DNA of 32,000 nucleotides from Thermodesulfobacteriota bacterium. GTDB lineage: Bacteria > Desulfobacterota > WTBG01 > JAGOGO01. Made by a program: the position numbers and the translations under genes. The DNA is taken from NCBI GenBank assembly GCA_026625185.1, contig CP113000.1, positions 2,025,622-2,057,621 of the forward strand. The letters run 5' to 3'. Below are positions 14,610-23,905 of the stretch, one piece after another. Each line of letters starts with the position of its first letter. Within the stretch, counting starts at the first letter, position 1. Below the pieces are notes generated by a model, which ran no database searches, was not told where the DNA came from, and saw nothing but the letters and a program-made list of their open reading frames with translations.

Positions 14610-16334
14610 ATGAAGCATTCAATTTTTTCAAAAATATTTGGCAGCTATGTTCTCATTGTTTTTCTGCTTTCGGCTTTAATTTTGTTTTTCTCTTTTCGGG
14701 TGTTCAAAAATTTTTATATTAGCTCGATTACTGATGAGCTGAAACTTCTGGGCAATGCGTTAGAACCAGAAGTTACCCCGCTTCTGGAAGAAAAACGCTT
14801 TCAAGCGTTAGATGCGCTGGTAAAGGATTCGGGAAGCAAGATTAAAACCCGCATAACGGTTATTGATCCCCAGGGAGCCGTACTCGCTGATTCTCAAAGC
14901 GATCCGAAGCTCATGGAAAACCATAGAAACCGACCCGAGATCATCCAGGCGTTAACCAATGGCGTTGGTTCTTTTTCTCGTTACAGCACGACCATAAAAC
15001 AAGATATGCTCTATGTTGCCTTGCCGGTCCGCAAGGATGAAAAGACCATTGCCATAGTACGCTTAAGTGTTCTGTTAAAAGATTTACATAATCTGCTGTC
15101 GATCCTACAAAAGGAGATTTTTAAAAGTGCATTGATCATTATGTTGATCTGCCTTATTGGTGCCTTTATTTTTTTAAAAAGCTTAACCCGACCTATTAAA
15201 AAACTGAATAGCGGTTTGCAAAAAGTCGCTTCGGGTGATTTTGAGACTAAAGTCTTTTTAAAAGGGAAGGACGAAGTAAAACAACTGGCGGACAGTTTTA
15301 ATCTGATGACCGACCAGATCAAAAGTCTTTTCGCAGAGTTGTCGTTTCAAAAAGAAAACTTAAACAGCATTTTTACTTCCATCAAGGAAGGGTTTGCCGT
15401 ATTGGATGAAAAAGGAAGAATAATTCTGAGCAACGAGAGTTTTAAAAAGATCGCTCAGAATAAATTGATAGATGAGAAATTGTATTGGGAAGTAATTCGA
15501 GATTTGAAATTCGGTGAATTGGTTAAAACGGTACGCGAAAACAAGCGAAACTTAAGTGAAGAGCTCGAGTTGAACGGCAAGTTTTATTTGTGCAGCGCCA
15601 CGTTTCTCACTCTCCGGGACCAAATCGTCATTGTTTTCTCCGATATCACGGAGACAAAAAATATGGAAAAGATCAAAAGAGATTTTGTGGTGAATGTTTC
15701 TCACGAACTACGCACCCCTCTTACCGCAATCAAGGGTTTTGCCGAGACGCTGGAAGAAGAGGGTGATGAAAACGCAAAAACCTATGCCGAGGTGATAAAG
15801 AGAAATACTGACCGGCTTATAAACATTGTTCAGGATTTGTTGCTGCTTTCAGAACTTGAGGAGAAGGGCAGTAAATTGGAAAGCGAAGATGTTAATCTCA
15901 AGCACCTGGCAGACAATGTTATCCGCATTTTCAAATCGCGCTTGACTGAGAAAGGCCTTGACTTCCAGCTGAACGTGGAAAATGGTCTTCCGGTTATTAA
16001 AGGCGATTTGTTTAGGCTGGAACAGATGCTTATTAACCTTCTTGATAATGCCGTCAAATACACTGAAAAAGGCAAGATCGTCCTGGCATTAAAACAAAAA
16101 AATAAAACCGTGGAAATTATCGTTGAAGATACCGGTATTGGTATTCCCCAGGAGCATCTGAAAAGAATTTTTGAACGGTTCTATGTGGTTGATAAATCAC
16201 GCTCGAAAAAACTTGGTGGAACCGGCTTAGGCCTCTCCATTGTCAAACACATTGTGCTTTCCCACAAGGGAACCATAGTAGTAGAAAGTTCTCTCGCCAA
16301 AGGCACCACCTTTACCATCATGTTACCATGTTAG
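14610..16334 (+). CDS. phoR: PhoR-like sensor histidine kinase (TM-HAMP-PAS-HisKA-HATPase)
   Basis: From the ATG at 14610 the product starts MKHSIFSKIFGSYVLIVFLL (TM1). It has a second TM, HAMP (RPIKKLNSGLQKVASGDFETKV), the H-box SHELRTPLTAIKGF, the N-box LLDNAVKYT and the G-box GGTGLGLSIVKH. The tracked start at 14520 lies inside the repeat element. Confidence 0.88.
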   Translation: MKHSIFSKIFGSYVLIVFLLSALILFFSFRVFKNFYISSITDELKLLGNALEPEVTPLLEEKRFQALDALVKDSGSKIKTRITVIDPQGAVLADSQSDPKLMENHRNRPEIIQALTNGVGSFSRYSTTIKQDMLYVALPVRKDEKTIAIVRLSVLLKDLHNLLSILQKEIFKSALIIMLICLIGAFIFLKSLTRPIKKLNSGLQKVASGDFETKVFLKGKDEVKQLADSFNLMTDQIKSLFAELSFQKENLNSIFTSIKEGFAVLDEKGRIILSNESFKKIAQNKLIDEKLYWEVIRDLKFGELVKTVRENKRNLSEELELNGKFYLCSATFLTLRDQIVIVFSDITETKNMEKIKRDFVVNVSHELRTPLTAIKGFAETLEEEGDENAKTYAEVIKRNTDRLINIVQDLLLLSELEEKGSKLESEDVNLKHLADNVIRIFKSRLTEKGLDFQLNVENGLPVIKGDLFRLEQMLINLLDNAVKYTEKGKIVLALKQKNKTVEIIVEDTGIGIPQEHLKRIFERFYVVDKSRSKKLGGTGLGLSIVKHIVLSHKGTIVVESSLAKGTTFTIMLPC

Positions 16335-16341
16335 AAACATT

Positions 16342-16369
16342 GTAGGGGCGACCGGCCGGTCGCCCCTAC
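16342..16369. terminator. 28-nt perfect palindrome GTAGGGGCGACCGGCCGGTCGCCCCTAC after phoR
   Basis: It starts 8 nt after the phoR stop. It has the same outer clamp and length as 483..510 and 23500..23527, but a different and still perfectly self-complementary inner stem. Confidence 0.55.
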
Positions 16370-16486
16370 TAACTAACGTGCTAAATCCCTCCTGATTTAT
16401 TCACCAAAAATTCATTTTTTCTTTTTTATCCCTTAGTAATTGCTTCCTAAATTCTTTCCCAAAAGCTTGTTGTGACCGGAACCGGT

Positions 16487-16564
16487 CATTAACCGCCAGG
16501 TTGGTTTCTCATTAAATTCATTAACAAGGTATAAAACAACCCCATTCTTAACCAAAAATTAACA
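16487..16564 (+). promoter_or_regulatory. phased TTAAC(A/C) direct repeats, candidate Pho boxes
   Basis: TTAACC at 16489, TTAAAT at 16512, TTAACA at 16521, TTAACC at 16548 and TTAACA at 16559. The last two are exactly 11 bp apart. They lie upstream of the porin/pstS genes. TTAACA fits the TT(A/T/C)ACA type of PhoP/PhoB half-site. Confidence 0.35.
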
Positions 16565-16670
16565 GAAACTTTATTTGCCGTTAATAAAACGCCCGTAGTT
16601 TTATGAGTAGACTTTTAAAGTGAGAAACCAACGCAAGAATAAGGGGTTGTAAAGAACAAAGGAAAGCTTC

Positions 16671-17989
16671 ATGATGAGCAATGCAAAACATGAAAATGAA
16701 ATCAAAAATATTGTGGAGATTTGGGCTTTACTTGAGGTTATGGTTAGCACGATAATTTTTGTTTTTACTTTAACCACCCTCATGGCTCACGCGAATGAAA
16801 TTGAGACGTTGTGTAACAAATTGGTGGAGAAAGGAAATTTAACCCCCTCGGAAGCGCAGACGGTTCTTGTTGAAACGCGGTAGGAAGAGCGAAAAAGAAT
16901 TGCTCAGGTAAAACACGATAATCTTCCGGAATGGATTCAAAAGATTAAACTCACCGGGGATTTTAGATTGCGGGAGCAGTACGAGTATCGCTCAGACGTT
17001 GATGAGCGTTGGATAACACGGATCCGCTTACGGTTAGGATTGGAAACACAAGTGGCCGATAAATTTAAGGTCGGTTTTGGCATAGCTTCCGGCAGCAGCG
17101 CCGACCATCGTTCTACCAATCAGACTTTACAGGACAGCTTCACTCATAAGCCAATCAACATCGATTATGCCTACGGGCAATACACTCCTTTCAAGTGGTT
17201 AACCCTGGTGGGTGGAAAATTTAAAAATCCTCTTTTTAACCCGGATGATCTTATCTGGGACACCGACATAAACCCCGAAGGCGGAGCCGCACAATTTAAT
17301 TATAGAGTGTGCGATAGCCTGGGGTTGTTTAGCAATGTGGGTTTCTTTATCCTTGATGAGAGACAGCCTTCCTCTAAAAATACGACGAGTGCACAAGGAC
17401 AGGATCCCCTTATGTATGTTGTCCAACCGGGTTTTGAATGGAAAATAAAAACCTCTGCTTTAAAAGATATTACCAACCTGAAGGCCGCCGTTGCGTACCA
17501 CGGGTTACCCATGTGAAACACAATGTTTTAGATTATTCCAGTGGAACTAACACCTTCGAAAAAAAAGTTTTAAAATATGATTATAATGCCTTTAATACGA
17601 ATTTTCAGTTAGGATTTATGCCCGAAGGATTTATCGTTCCCTATGCGGGGATATTTGGAGAATTTGTGTATAATCCTGATCTCCCGAAAAGCAATATGGG
17701 ATGGCTTCTGGGCGCAAAATTTGGCGTTGAAAAAGTATCAGATAAAGGTCAGTGGCAGTTGCAATATAATTATCGTCGCCTGGGTAGAGACGCGGTTCTC
17801 GATATTTTGCCGGATTCTGATTTCTACGGCGGTGCTAAGGATGTTAGAGGCCATGAGGGGATATTCGAATACGGAATTTATAAAAATGTGAGTGTAGCAC
17901 TGGATTGTTACAATGCGCGAAGGCTCCATCAGCAGGAGACCAATAAAAAGGAGCGCCTTTTACAGCTTGATTGGAACCTGAAATTTTAG
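16671..17989 (+). pseudogene. outer-membrane porin gene disrupted by an in-frame TAG and a frameshift
   Basis: ORFs 16671..16883 and 16968..17516 share one frame, and translation continues straight through TAG 16881..16883 (..ETR*EERKRIAQVKHDNLPEWIQKIKLTGDFRLREQYEYR..). The third part, 17438..17989, is in another frame and ends ..LLQLDWNLKF, the terminal Phe of beta-barrel OMPs. Adding one G to the run at 17501..17503 would give ..AVAYHGVTHVKHNVLDYSSG.. as a continuous frame. Confidence 0.7.
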
Positions 17990-18050
17990 TTAAAATAAAT
18001 AATAAAGAGAAAAACAAAAAACACCTTGATATCAAAATGGAGGGAACAAG

Positions 18051-18899
18051 ATGAAGCAGGCTATAACAATCTTTATTAAAAAATTCACAAAAATAGCTTT
18101 GGTTTTACCGGTGCTCTTAGTAATAAGTATAAGTCTGCAGGAAGGGGCTTTGGCGAAGGATATTACGATAAAAGGCTCTACCACCGTTTTGCCCATAGCC
18201 CAGATTACTGCCGAAGTTTTTATGGAGCGACATCCGGATGTCAAAATTTCCGTTCAGGGTGGCGGATCAGGAATAGGAATTGCCGGGATCATTGACGGAA
18301 CCTGCGATATTGGCGATTCTTCCCGCTCCATGAAAGAGCAAGAGCTAAGCAATGCGGTCAGCAAAAACGTCAACCCTAAGGCCAATTTAGTTGCCATGGA
18401 CGGCCTTGCGGTGGTTGTTCACCCGTCTAACAAACTTACCGGCCTCACCAAAAATCAGGTCAAAGATATTTATATTGGCAAAATTTCGGACTGGTCGGCA
18501 TTAGGCGGTGGAACACAAAAGATAGTGGTTATCTCCCGCGATTCCGCCAGCGGTACCTTTGAATCGTTTGGAGAAATGGCTTTGGATAAACAAAAGGTTA
18601 GACCAGATGCATTAATGCAGGCATCGAATCAGGCGGTTGCTTCTACCGTGGCAAAGACTCCGGGCGCAATTGGGTATGTGGGATTAGGGTACCTTTCTTC
18701 GCGAGTCAAAGCGTTAGCTCTTAATGGAGTCATGCCCTCAAGGGAAACTGTTCTTAATAACAAATATAAATTAGCCCGCCCTCTCTTTATGTACACCAAT
18801 GGTTCACCGCAAGGGGTGGTAAAAGACTTTTTAGATTTTGTTTTAAGCGCCGAAGGCCAAAGGTTGGTTGAGGAAACAGGTTTTGTTGTCCTAAAATAA
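18051..18899 (+). CDS. pstS: phosphate ABC transporter substrate-binding protein
   Basis: 282 aa with a signal peptide, then ITIKGSTTVLPIAQ...VQGGGSGIGI...SRDSASGTFESF...GAIGYVGLGY, the PstS (PBP-like 2) pattern. RBS GGAGGG. Confidence 0.93.
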   Translation: MKQAITIFIKKFTKIALVLPVLLVISISLQEGALAKDITIKGSTTVLPIAQITAEVFMERHPDVKISVQGGGSGIGIAGIIDGTCDIGDSSRSMKEQELSNAVSKNVNPKANLVAMDGLAVVVHPSNKLTGLTKNQVKDIYIGKISDWSALGGGTQKIVVISRDSASGTFESFGEMALDKQKVRPDALMQASNQAVASTVAKTPGAIGYVGLGYLSSRVKALALNGVMPSRETVLNNKYKLARPLFMYTNGSPQGVVKDFLDFVLSAEGQRLVEETGFVVLK

Positions 18900-18931
18900 T
18901 TGTTTCATCCTTTATCCTCCTTAGTAAAAGC

Positions 18932-18947
18932 GGCAGGTCTTCCTGCC
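18932..18947 (+). terminator. short hairpin after pstS
   Basis: GGCAGG-TCTT-CCTGCC lies 33 nt after the pstS stop. The downstream tract is A/T-rich but not a clean T-run. Confidence 0.3.
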
Positions 18948-19261
18948 ACATTTACTAAATATTTTTAAGCAACGTAAGGATGCTGGTTTTTTTATTCTTT
19001 TGTAACGTGAACTATGCTATAAAAAAGCTCTGGGAAAAAAATTAATAAAGATATCTTCGGAATCTTAGTTTTTTTCTCCTTATTGTTTGTGGTGATGAAG
19101 GGCATTATCTAAAGAGAAAAGCAAGCTGGAATTACCTCAGTGTTCTCTCAAAAGGTGGGTAGTAATGTTATGGGGTGTGAGTGGAACGAAAGAAGCCATC
19201 TAACATCTTCGGTAAAGGGAGTTTTAAAAAATATTAACGACTTAATGAAAGGAGTAATCCA

Positions 19262-19567
19262 ATGCCGATTAAACCGACTGAAAAAGAAGAAGAGTATTTT
19301 GCGAGAATGGAATTAGAAAAACTGAAAAGGATTGAGTTGGAAAAACATAAAGCGCTTAAGGAGGAAGAAAAGCGAAGGCTTAAAGAACTCCATTTTATGA
19401 GATGTCCGAAGTGCGGTATGGAGATTATCGAGGTCGATTATAAGGGGTTAAAAGTGGATAAATGTTCAGAATGTGACGGCGTCTGGCTCGACGCAGGAGA
19501 ACTTGAGGAAGTTGCGAAAATGGACAAATCGGGCATCGACAAACTTTTCAGTATTTTTGTCAAATAA
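19262..19567 (+). CDS. zinc-ribbon protein (zf-TFIIB / PF13453-like)
   Basis: 101 aa with a charged coiled N-terminus, then MRCPKCGMEIIEVDYKGLKVDKCSECDGVWLDAGELEEV, the CxxC...CxxCxGxWLD motif of this family. Confidence 0.7.
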   Translation: MPIKPTEKEEEYFARMELEKLKRIELEKHKALKEEEKRRLKELHFMRCPKCGMEIIEVDYKGLKVDKCSECDGVWLDAGELEEVAKMDKSGIDKLFSIFVK

Positions 19568-19625
19568 CGGATAGTGAAGAAACTGTCACGAAAATACACA
19601 GGAAGCAGACCGGGTGTGATGAGAG

Positions 19626-20272
19626 GTGCGTTCATTTCATCGATCTCTTTTTTCACACTACTATCGCGGTCCGAATCCGGAATGTCGCTTGTTTTTTGAA
19701 GTAACAATTGTTCCCCTGACAGCAGAATATTGCAGAAATCTTGTCCGAACTGAAAACCTCTTTGTAGGGAATTTCCGGTGCTTGCTTTTTCTCTTGAGCC
19801 CGCTTAGGGAGAGGTTATGAGCAGACCCCCACGACATCCCCAAGAAAGCATCTTTGCCCACGGACTGGGAGCTCATGTCCTGTGGGTTGGTCTTTTGATG
19901 GGCAGGATCGTTCTTTTTGTTCAATCCTGGTCACTTCAGACCCGTCATGCGCATGGGCAAACAATGGCGTTTACGGTGCGTTGCCTTACCCAGCTTGGAA
20001 ATGTCCTTGCCATAGGATCAGAGAAAGAATCATTATTCAAAATGGGAGAATGCTCCAATAAATACCTTCTAGGAGCAGTTTTATTTACCTTTACCCTTCA
20101 GATGGCGACGGTCTACGTGCCAGCCTTAAATCCGATTTTTAAGACGAAACCGTTGCCCTTCAATGAATTGACTTTTACGCTTGCATTGTCATCCCTAGTG
20201 TTTTTTGCGGTAGAAATTGAGAAATTCATGCGACGGCAAAAAAAGGCGTACCATGATGCTTCGCTGGCCTGA
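19626..20272 (+). pseudogene. C-terminal relic of a P-type (Ca/Mg-type) cation ATPase
   Basis: 19817..20272 reads MSRPPRHPQESIF...TMAFTVRCLTQLGNVLA..SEKESLF...NKYLLGAVLFTFTLQMATVYVPALNPIFKTKPL, the Cation_ATPase_C pattern. In-frame upstream is ..EFPVLAFSLEPA*GEVM, with TAG at 19805..19807 where consensus has ..LALG.EPAE.DVM. Further upstream another frame gives ..IVPLTAEYCRNLV (compare PLPLTAVQILWINLV). The ~700 N-terminal residues are absent. Confidence 0.75.
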
Positions 20273-20308
20273 ATTGATACTATTCACAAATAAATCAATA
20301 ACTCTTTT

Positions 20309-21193
20309 TTGATTATGTTAAGGGAAAAACTTTACAAATTTATTTTCGGGATATTAGCTTTTTCCTCCTTACTGTTTTTAGTGGGGATTATGGTCATCCT
20401 TTTTACCGAAGGGTTGCCGATTTTTCATGCGACGGGAGTGGGGACTTTTATTTTTGGGAAGTCTTGGTATCCCACCTATGATCCCCCGGATTTTGGTATC
20501 TTGCCTTTAATGTTAGCTTCCTTCTGGGTAACCCTGGGAGCGTTGCTGGTAGGCGTGCCTTTGGGAGTGGGAAGCGCGCTTTTTATCAATGAATTGGCCG
20601 GGTCCAAAATAAAAACCATTTTAAAACCGCTGATTGAAATTCTGGCGGCTATTCCGTCAATTGTCTTCGGTTTTTTTGGCATGGTCCTTGTCGCTCCCTT
20701 CTTACAAAATCTTCTGGGTATTCCTACCGGTCTTTGTGCGTTTACCGGGAGTTTGATCCTGGGCATTATGGCTATCCCTACTATTTGCAGTATCGCAGAG
20801 GATGCTTTGAGCTTTGTGCCCAAAAGCTTTCGGGAGGCGTCTCTGGCCTTGGGGGCAAACCGTTGGCAGACTTTGGTTAAGGTGGTGATCCCGGCGGCGG
20901 GATCAGGCATCTCGACCGCGATTATACTGGGAATGAGCCGGGCAGTCGGCGAGACTATGACTGTTCTGATGGTTACCGGCGGGGCGGCTGTGATTCCTCA
21001 TTCCTTTTTTGAGCCGGTGAGACCTATGACCGCTACCATCGCGGCGGAGATGGGAGAAGCAGTGATGGGAGGCGCCCATTACCACGCTTTGTTTGCCATT
21101 GGCCTTATCCTGTTTGTCATTACGTTTGTCTTTAATGTTGTTGCTGAAATGGTCAGTCGAAGATTTAGGATAAAACTGGGACTAAGTGGATGA
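20309..21193 (+). CDS. pstC: phosphate ABC transporter permease PstC
   Basis: 294 aa, multi-TM, with the permease loop [25 protein letters not shown]. An ATG at 20315 is an alternative start. Confidence 0.93.
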   Translation: MIMLREKLYKFIFGILAFSSLLFLVGIMVILFTEGLPIFHATGVGTFIFGKSWYPTYDPPDFGILPLMLASFWVTLGALLVGVPLGVGSALFINELAGSKIKTILKPLIEILAAIPSIVFGFFGMVLVAPFLQNLLGIPTGLCAFTGSLILGIMAIPTICSIAEDALSFVPKSFREASLALGANRWQTLVKVVIPAAGSGISTAIILGMSRAVGETMTVLMVTGGAAVIPHSFFEPVRPMTATIAAEMGEAVMGGAHYHALFAIGLILFVITFVFNVVAEMVSRRFRIKLGLSG

Positions 21194-22041
21194 AAAATAA
21201 ATCCACGCAGCATCTGGGGTTTTTGCTTTTATGGGTAGCAATCCTCCCTACTTTATTTTTCCTGGGAACCATTATTTATTTTGTTGGTGTTGAGGGGGTC
21301 GGCGTAATCTCCTGGGAGTTTTTGACCGAGGTGCCGCGAAGAGGGATGACCGAAGGAGGCGTTGCCCCGGCAATTGTGGGAACATTGTATTTAACCATGG
21401 GAGCCATTTTATTTTCCCTTCCGCTCGGGTTAGCGTGTGCAATCTATCTTTGTGAATACAGCCCGAAAAGCTATGTGGTAAATATCATTCGTATGAGCAT
21501 CAATAATTTAGCGGGTGTTCCCTCAGTGGTTTTCGGACTTTTCGGCTTGGGGATATTTGTCAAGTTTTTTGGCTTTGGTGTTTCCATCCTTTCCGGAAGC
21601 CTTACCCTCGGGATCATGGTTTTACCGCAAATTATCTCGGCCTCCCAGGAAGCGCTCATCGCAGTCCCGCAATCTTACCGGGAAGCTTCTCTTGCACTCG
21701 GAGCCACCCATTGGCAGACGATAAGGAAAATGGTCCTGCCCTCTGCTTTACCGGGGATCCTGACCGGAGTAATTTTAAGTATTGGCAGGGCAGCAGGTGA
21801 GACCGCTCCGATTCTTTTTACCGCAGCAACCTTTTATACCCGAGGATATCCCGGCTCGATTTTCTCGGAGGTGATGGCGTTGCCGTATCATATTTATGCT
21901 CTTATGACCGAAGGGACTCATCCTGAAAAACAAACCGCGATTGCCTACGGGTGCGCTTTGATTCTTATGGTGTTGGTTTTATTGATGTCGGCATTGGCAA
22001 TTTTCGTTCGACAGCGGCAGAGGAGCTTTTATGGAAAATAG
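21190..22041 (+). CDS. pstA: phosphate ABC transporter permease PstA
   Basis: 283 aa, multi-TM, with the loop [25 protein letters not shown]. It overlaps the pstC stop by 4 nt. Confidence 0.93.
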   Translation: MKNKSTQHLGFLLLWVAILPTLFFLGTIIYFVGVEGVGVISWEFLTEVPRRGMTEGGVAPAIVGTLYLTMGAILFSLPLGLACAIYLCEYSPKSYVVNIIRMSINNLAGVPSVVFGLFGLGIFVKFFGFGVSILSGSLTLGIMVLPQIISASQEALIAVPQSYREASLALGATHWQTIRKMVLPSALPGILTGVILSIGRAAGETAPILFTAATFYTRGYPGSIFSEVMALPYHIYALMTEGTHPEKQTAIAYGCALILMVLVLLMSALAIFVRQRQRSFYGK

Positions 22042-22792
22042 TATCGAAATCAAAGCCGAAGAAATTAATTTCTATTACGGGACTAAGCAGGCGCTCAAAA
22101 ATATCCATTTAGTAATTTATGAAAAACAGGTAACCGCGCTTATCGGTCCTTCAGGATGTGGAAAATCCACCTTCATTCGATTGTTAAATCGGATGAACGA
22201 CCTTATCCCGCACACCCGGGTAGAAGGGAAAATCTATTTTGAAGGACAAAACATCTTTGAAGAAAATGTTGATGTCGTGAGTCTTCGAAGACGAGTGGGC
22301 ATGGTTTTTCAAAAACCAAACCCCTTTCCCAAGACGATTTTTGAGAATGTGAGTTACGGACTGGAAGTCAATGGGATAAAGGACAAAAAATTCATCGAAG
22401 AGAAAGTAATCGAATCGCTCAACCAGGCAGCGCTATGGAAAGAGGTAAAAGACCGTCTCCATGACAGCGCTTTGGGACTTTCCGGGGGGCAGCAACAACG
22501 GCTTTGCATTGCCCGTTGTTTGGCGGTTGAGCCTCACGTGATTTTATTTGACGAACCATGCGCAAGCTTAGATCCGATTTCGACTCGAAGCATTGAAGAA
22601 CTTATCTTGGAATTAAAAAAATACTATACGATTGTAATTGTAACCCACAACATGCAGCAGGCAGCACGCATTTCTGATTTTACCGCTTTTCTTTATTTGG
22701 GCGAGTTAATCGAATTCGGTCTTACCGAAAAATTATTTACGGTTCCCAAACAAAAAATGACCGAAGAATATTTAACCGGAAAATTTGGATAA
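22031..22792 (+). CDS. pstB: phosphate ABC transporter ATP-binding protein PstB
   Basis: 253 aa with Walker [10 protein letters not shown], the signature [13 protein letters not shown], Walker B ILFDEP and the PstB-typical N-terminus. Confidence 0.96.
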   Translation: MENSIEIKAEEINFYYGTKQALKNIHLVIYEKQVTALIGPSGCGKSTFIRLLNRMNDLIPHTRVEGKIYFEGQNIFEENVDVVSLRRRVGMVFQKPNPFPKTIFENVSYGLEVNGIKDKKFIEEKVIESLNQAALWKEVKDRLHDSALGLSGGQQQRLCIARCLAVEPHVILFDEPCASLDPISTRSIEELILELKKYYTIVIVTHNMQQAARISDFTAFLYLGELIEFGLTEKLFTVPKQKMTEEYLTGKFG

Positions 22793-22806
22793 GGGAAGGA
22801 GAAACC

Positions 22807-23469
22807 ATGTTAGAAGAAGAAAAAGTTGCTCTTTTAAAGCGTGAACTTATCGAGTATGCTGCGCTGGTGGAAGCAATGATTGAGAAAAGCATAAAAGGGC
22901 TTGTCAATAAAGAGAGAGATGTGCTGATCGAAGTAATCGAAAAAGATGAGCCAAAGTCAAATAATTTTGAAATAAAGCTCGATGAACTGTGCACCGTGGT
23001 CATCGCCCAGTACCAGCCAAAGGGCAAAGGGTTGCGGACGGTTCTTATGATACTAAAGATCAATAACGACTTGGAAAGAATGGCAGATCACTCGGTGAAT
23101 ATCGCGGAGACGGCCCTTACGTTAATCGAAGTGCCGCCCATGGCTGATTATGTTAAGGACGTTTTAAAAATGGCGGAAATTTCTCGTGGCATGCTGAAGG
23201 ATAGCATTGACTCATTTGTTCATGAAGATTCCGCTTTAGCCAAGGATGTTTGTAAAAGAGACGACGTGGTTGATGATTTAAGAAGGGGTAACCGAAGGGA
23301 GATAATCGGGTCGATGTGTGCTGACTGTTCCAAAATGGAAGCAGGGTTGGATGTTTTGCGAATCGCACGGAATTTAGAGCGGATTGCTGATTTGTCGACG
23401 AACATCGGCGAGGATGTTATTTTTATGATTGAGGGAAAAGTAATAAAACACAAAATTGATAAGATGTAA
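22807..23469 (+). CDS. phoU: phosphate signalling complex protein PhoU
   Basis: 220 aa with two PhoU repeats (NNDLERMADHSVNIAE / ARNLERIADLSTNIGE). It follows pstB directly. RBS GGAAGGAG. Confidence 0.92.
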   Translation: MLEEEKVALLKRELIEYAALVEAMIEKSIKGLVNKERDVLIEVIEKDEPKSNNFEIKLDELCTVVIAQYQPKGKGLRTVLMILKINNDLERMADHSVNIAETALTLIEVPPMADYVKDVLKMAEISRGMLKDSIDSFVHEDSALAKDVCKRDDVVDDLRRGNRREIIGSMCADCSKMEAGLDVLRIARNLERIADLSTNIGEDVIFMIEGKVIKHKIDKM

Positions 23470-23499
23470 TGCAAGAAATATACGTTGGGACAGATTTCC

Positions 23500-23527
23500 G
23501 TAGGGGCACGTTGCAACGTGCCCCTAC
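23500..23527. terminator. 28-nt perfect palindrome GTAGGGGCACGTTGCAACGTGCCCCTAC between convergent phoU and ykgJ-like genes
   Basis: Identical in all 28 nt to 483..510, and again placed between two convergent stop codons (23469 and 23531). Confidence 0.6.
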
Positions 23528-23530
23528 CAT

Positions 23531-23905
23531 CTACGGTCTTATGCCGGGACATTCATTAACGAGTTCATCCTTGTACTTTTTGAAATATTCCCAAAATGGA
23601 AAGGTCCGGCACTGATGCGGCCTCACCGGATAGATTGAACAGCATTTTTGGCGGTGGTCGAAAAAAACACACTCCATGCCGTGTTCTCCAACTCGTTCTT
23701 TAATGGAGAGACGGTTGTTAATGCGATTGAGATAAAGAGGGGTGAAATCAATGGGGTTGGTTTGCAGAAACCGGCACATGCTGAGAATATCTTCGTGGTT
23801 AACCCAAATATTACCGGACTCACCACGGCAGCAATTGCCGGGACAACTCTTACAGGCATTGGGGTCAAAACCAAAATCAAATCCATCTTTTCTTATGATG
23901 TGCAT
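23531..23905 (-). CDS. YkgJ-family cysteine-cluster protein (CxxCxxCC, PF03692-like)
   Basis: 124 aa: CKSCPGNCCRGESGNIWV ... CVFFDHRQKCCSIYPVRPHQCRTFPFW, the pattern of the UPF0153/YkgJ zinc/iron-chelating family. Confidence 0.7.
   Translation of the reverse strand: MHIIRKDGFDFGFDPNACKSCPGNCCRGESGNIWVNHEDILSMCRFLQTNPIDFTPLYLNRINNRLSIKERVGEHGMECVFFDHRQKCCSIYPVRPHQCRTFPFWEYFKKYKDELVNECPGIRP

Noticed and set aside
16881-16883. In-frame TAG in the porin gene (and TAG at 19805..19807 in the ATPase relic) as pyrrolysine or stop-codon reassignment
   Set aside because: TAG is the ordinary terminator of parE, phoR and hypD in this same window. Both affected genes also carry frameshifts, so nonsense mutation or assembly error is the simpler reading.
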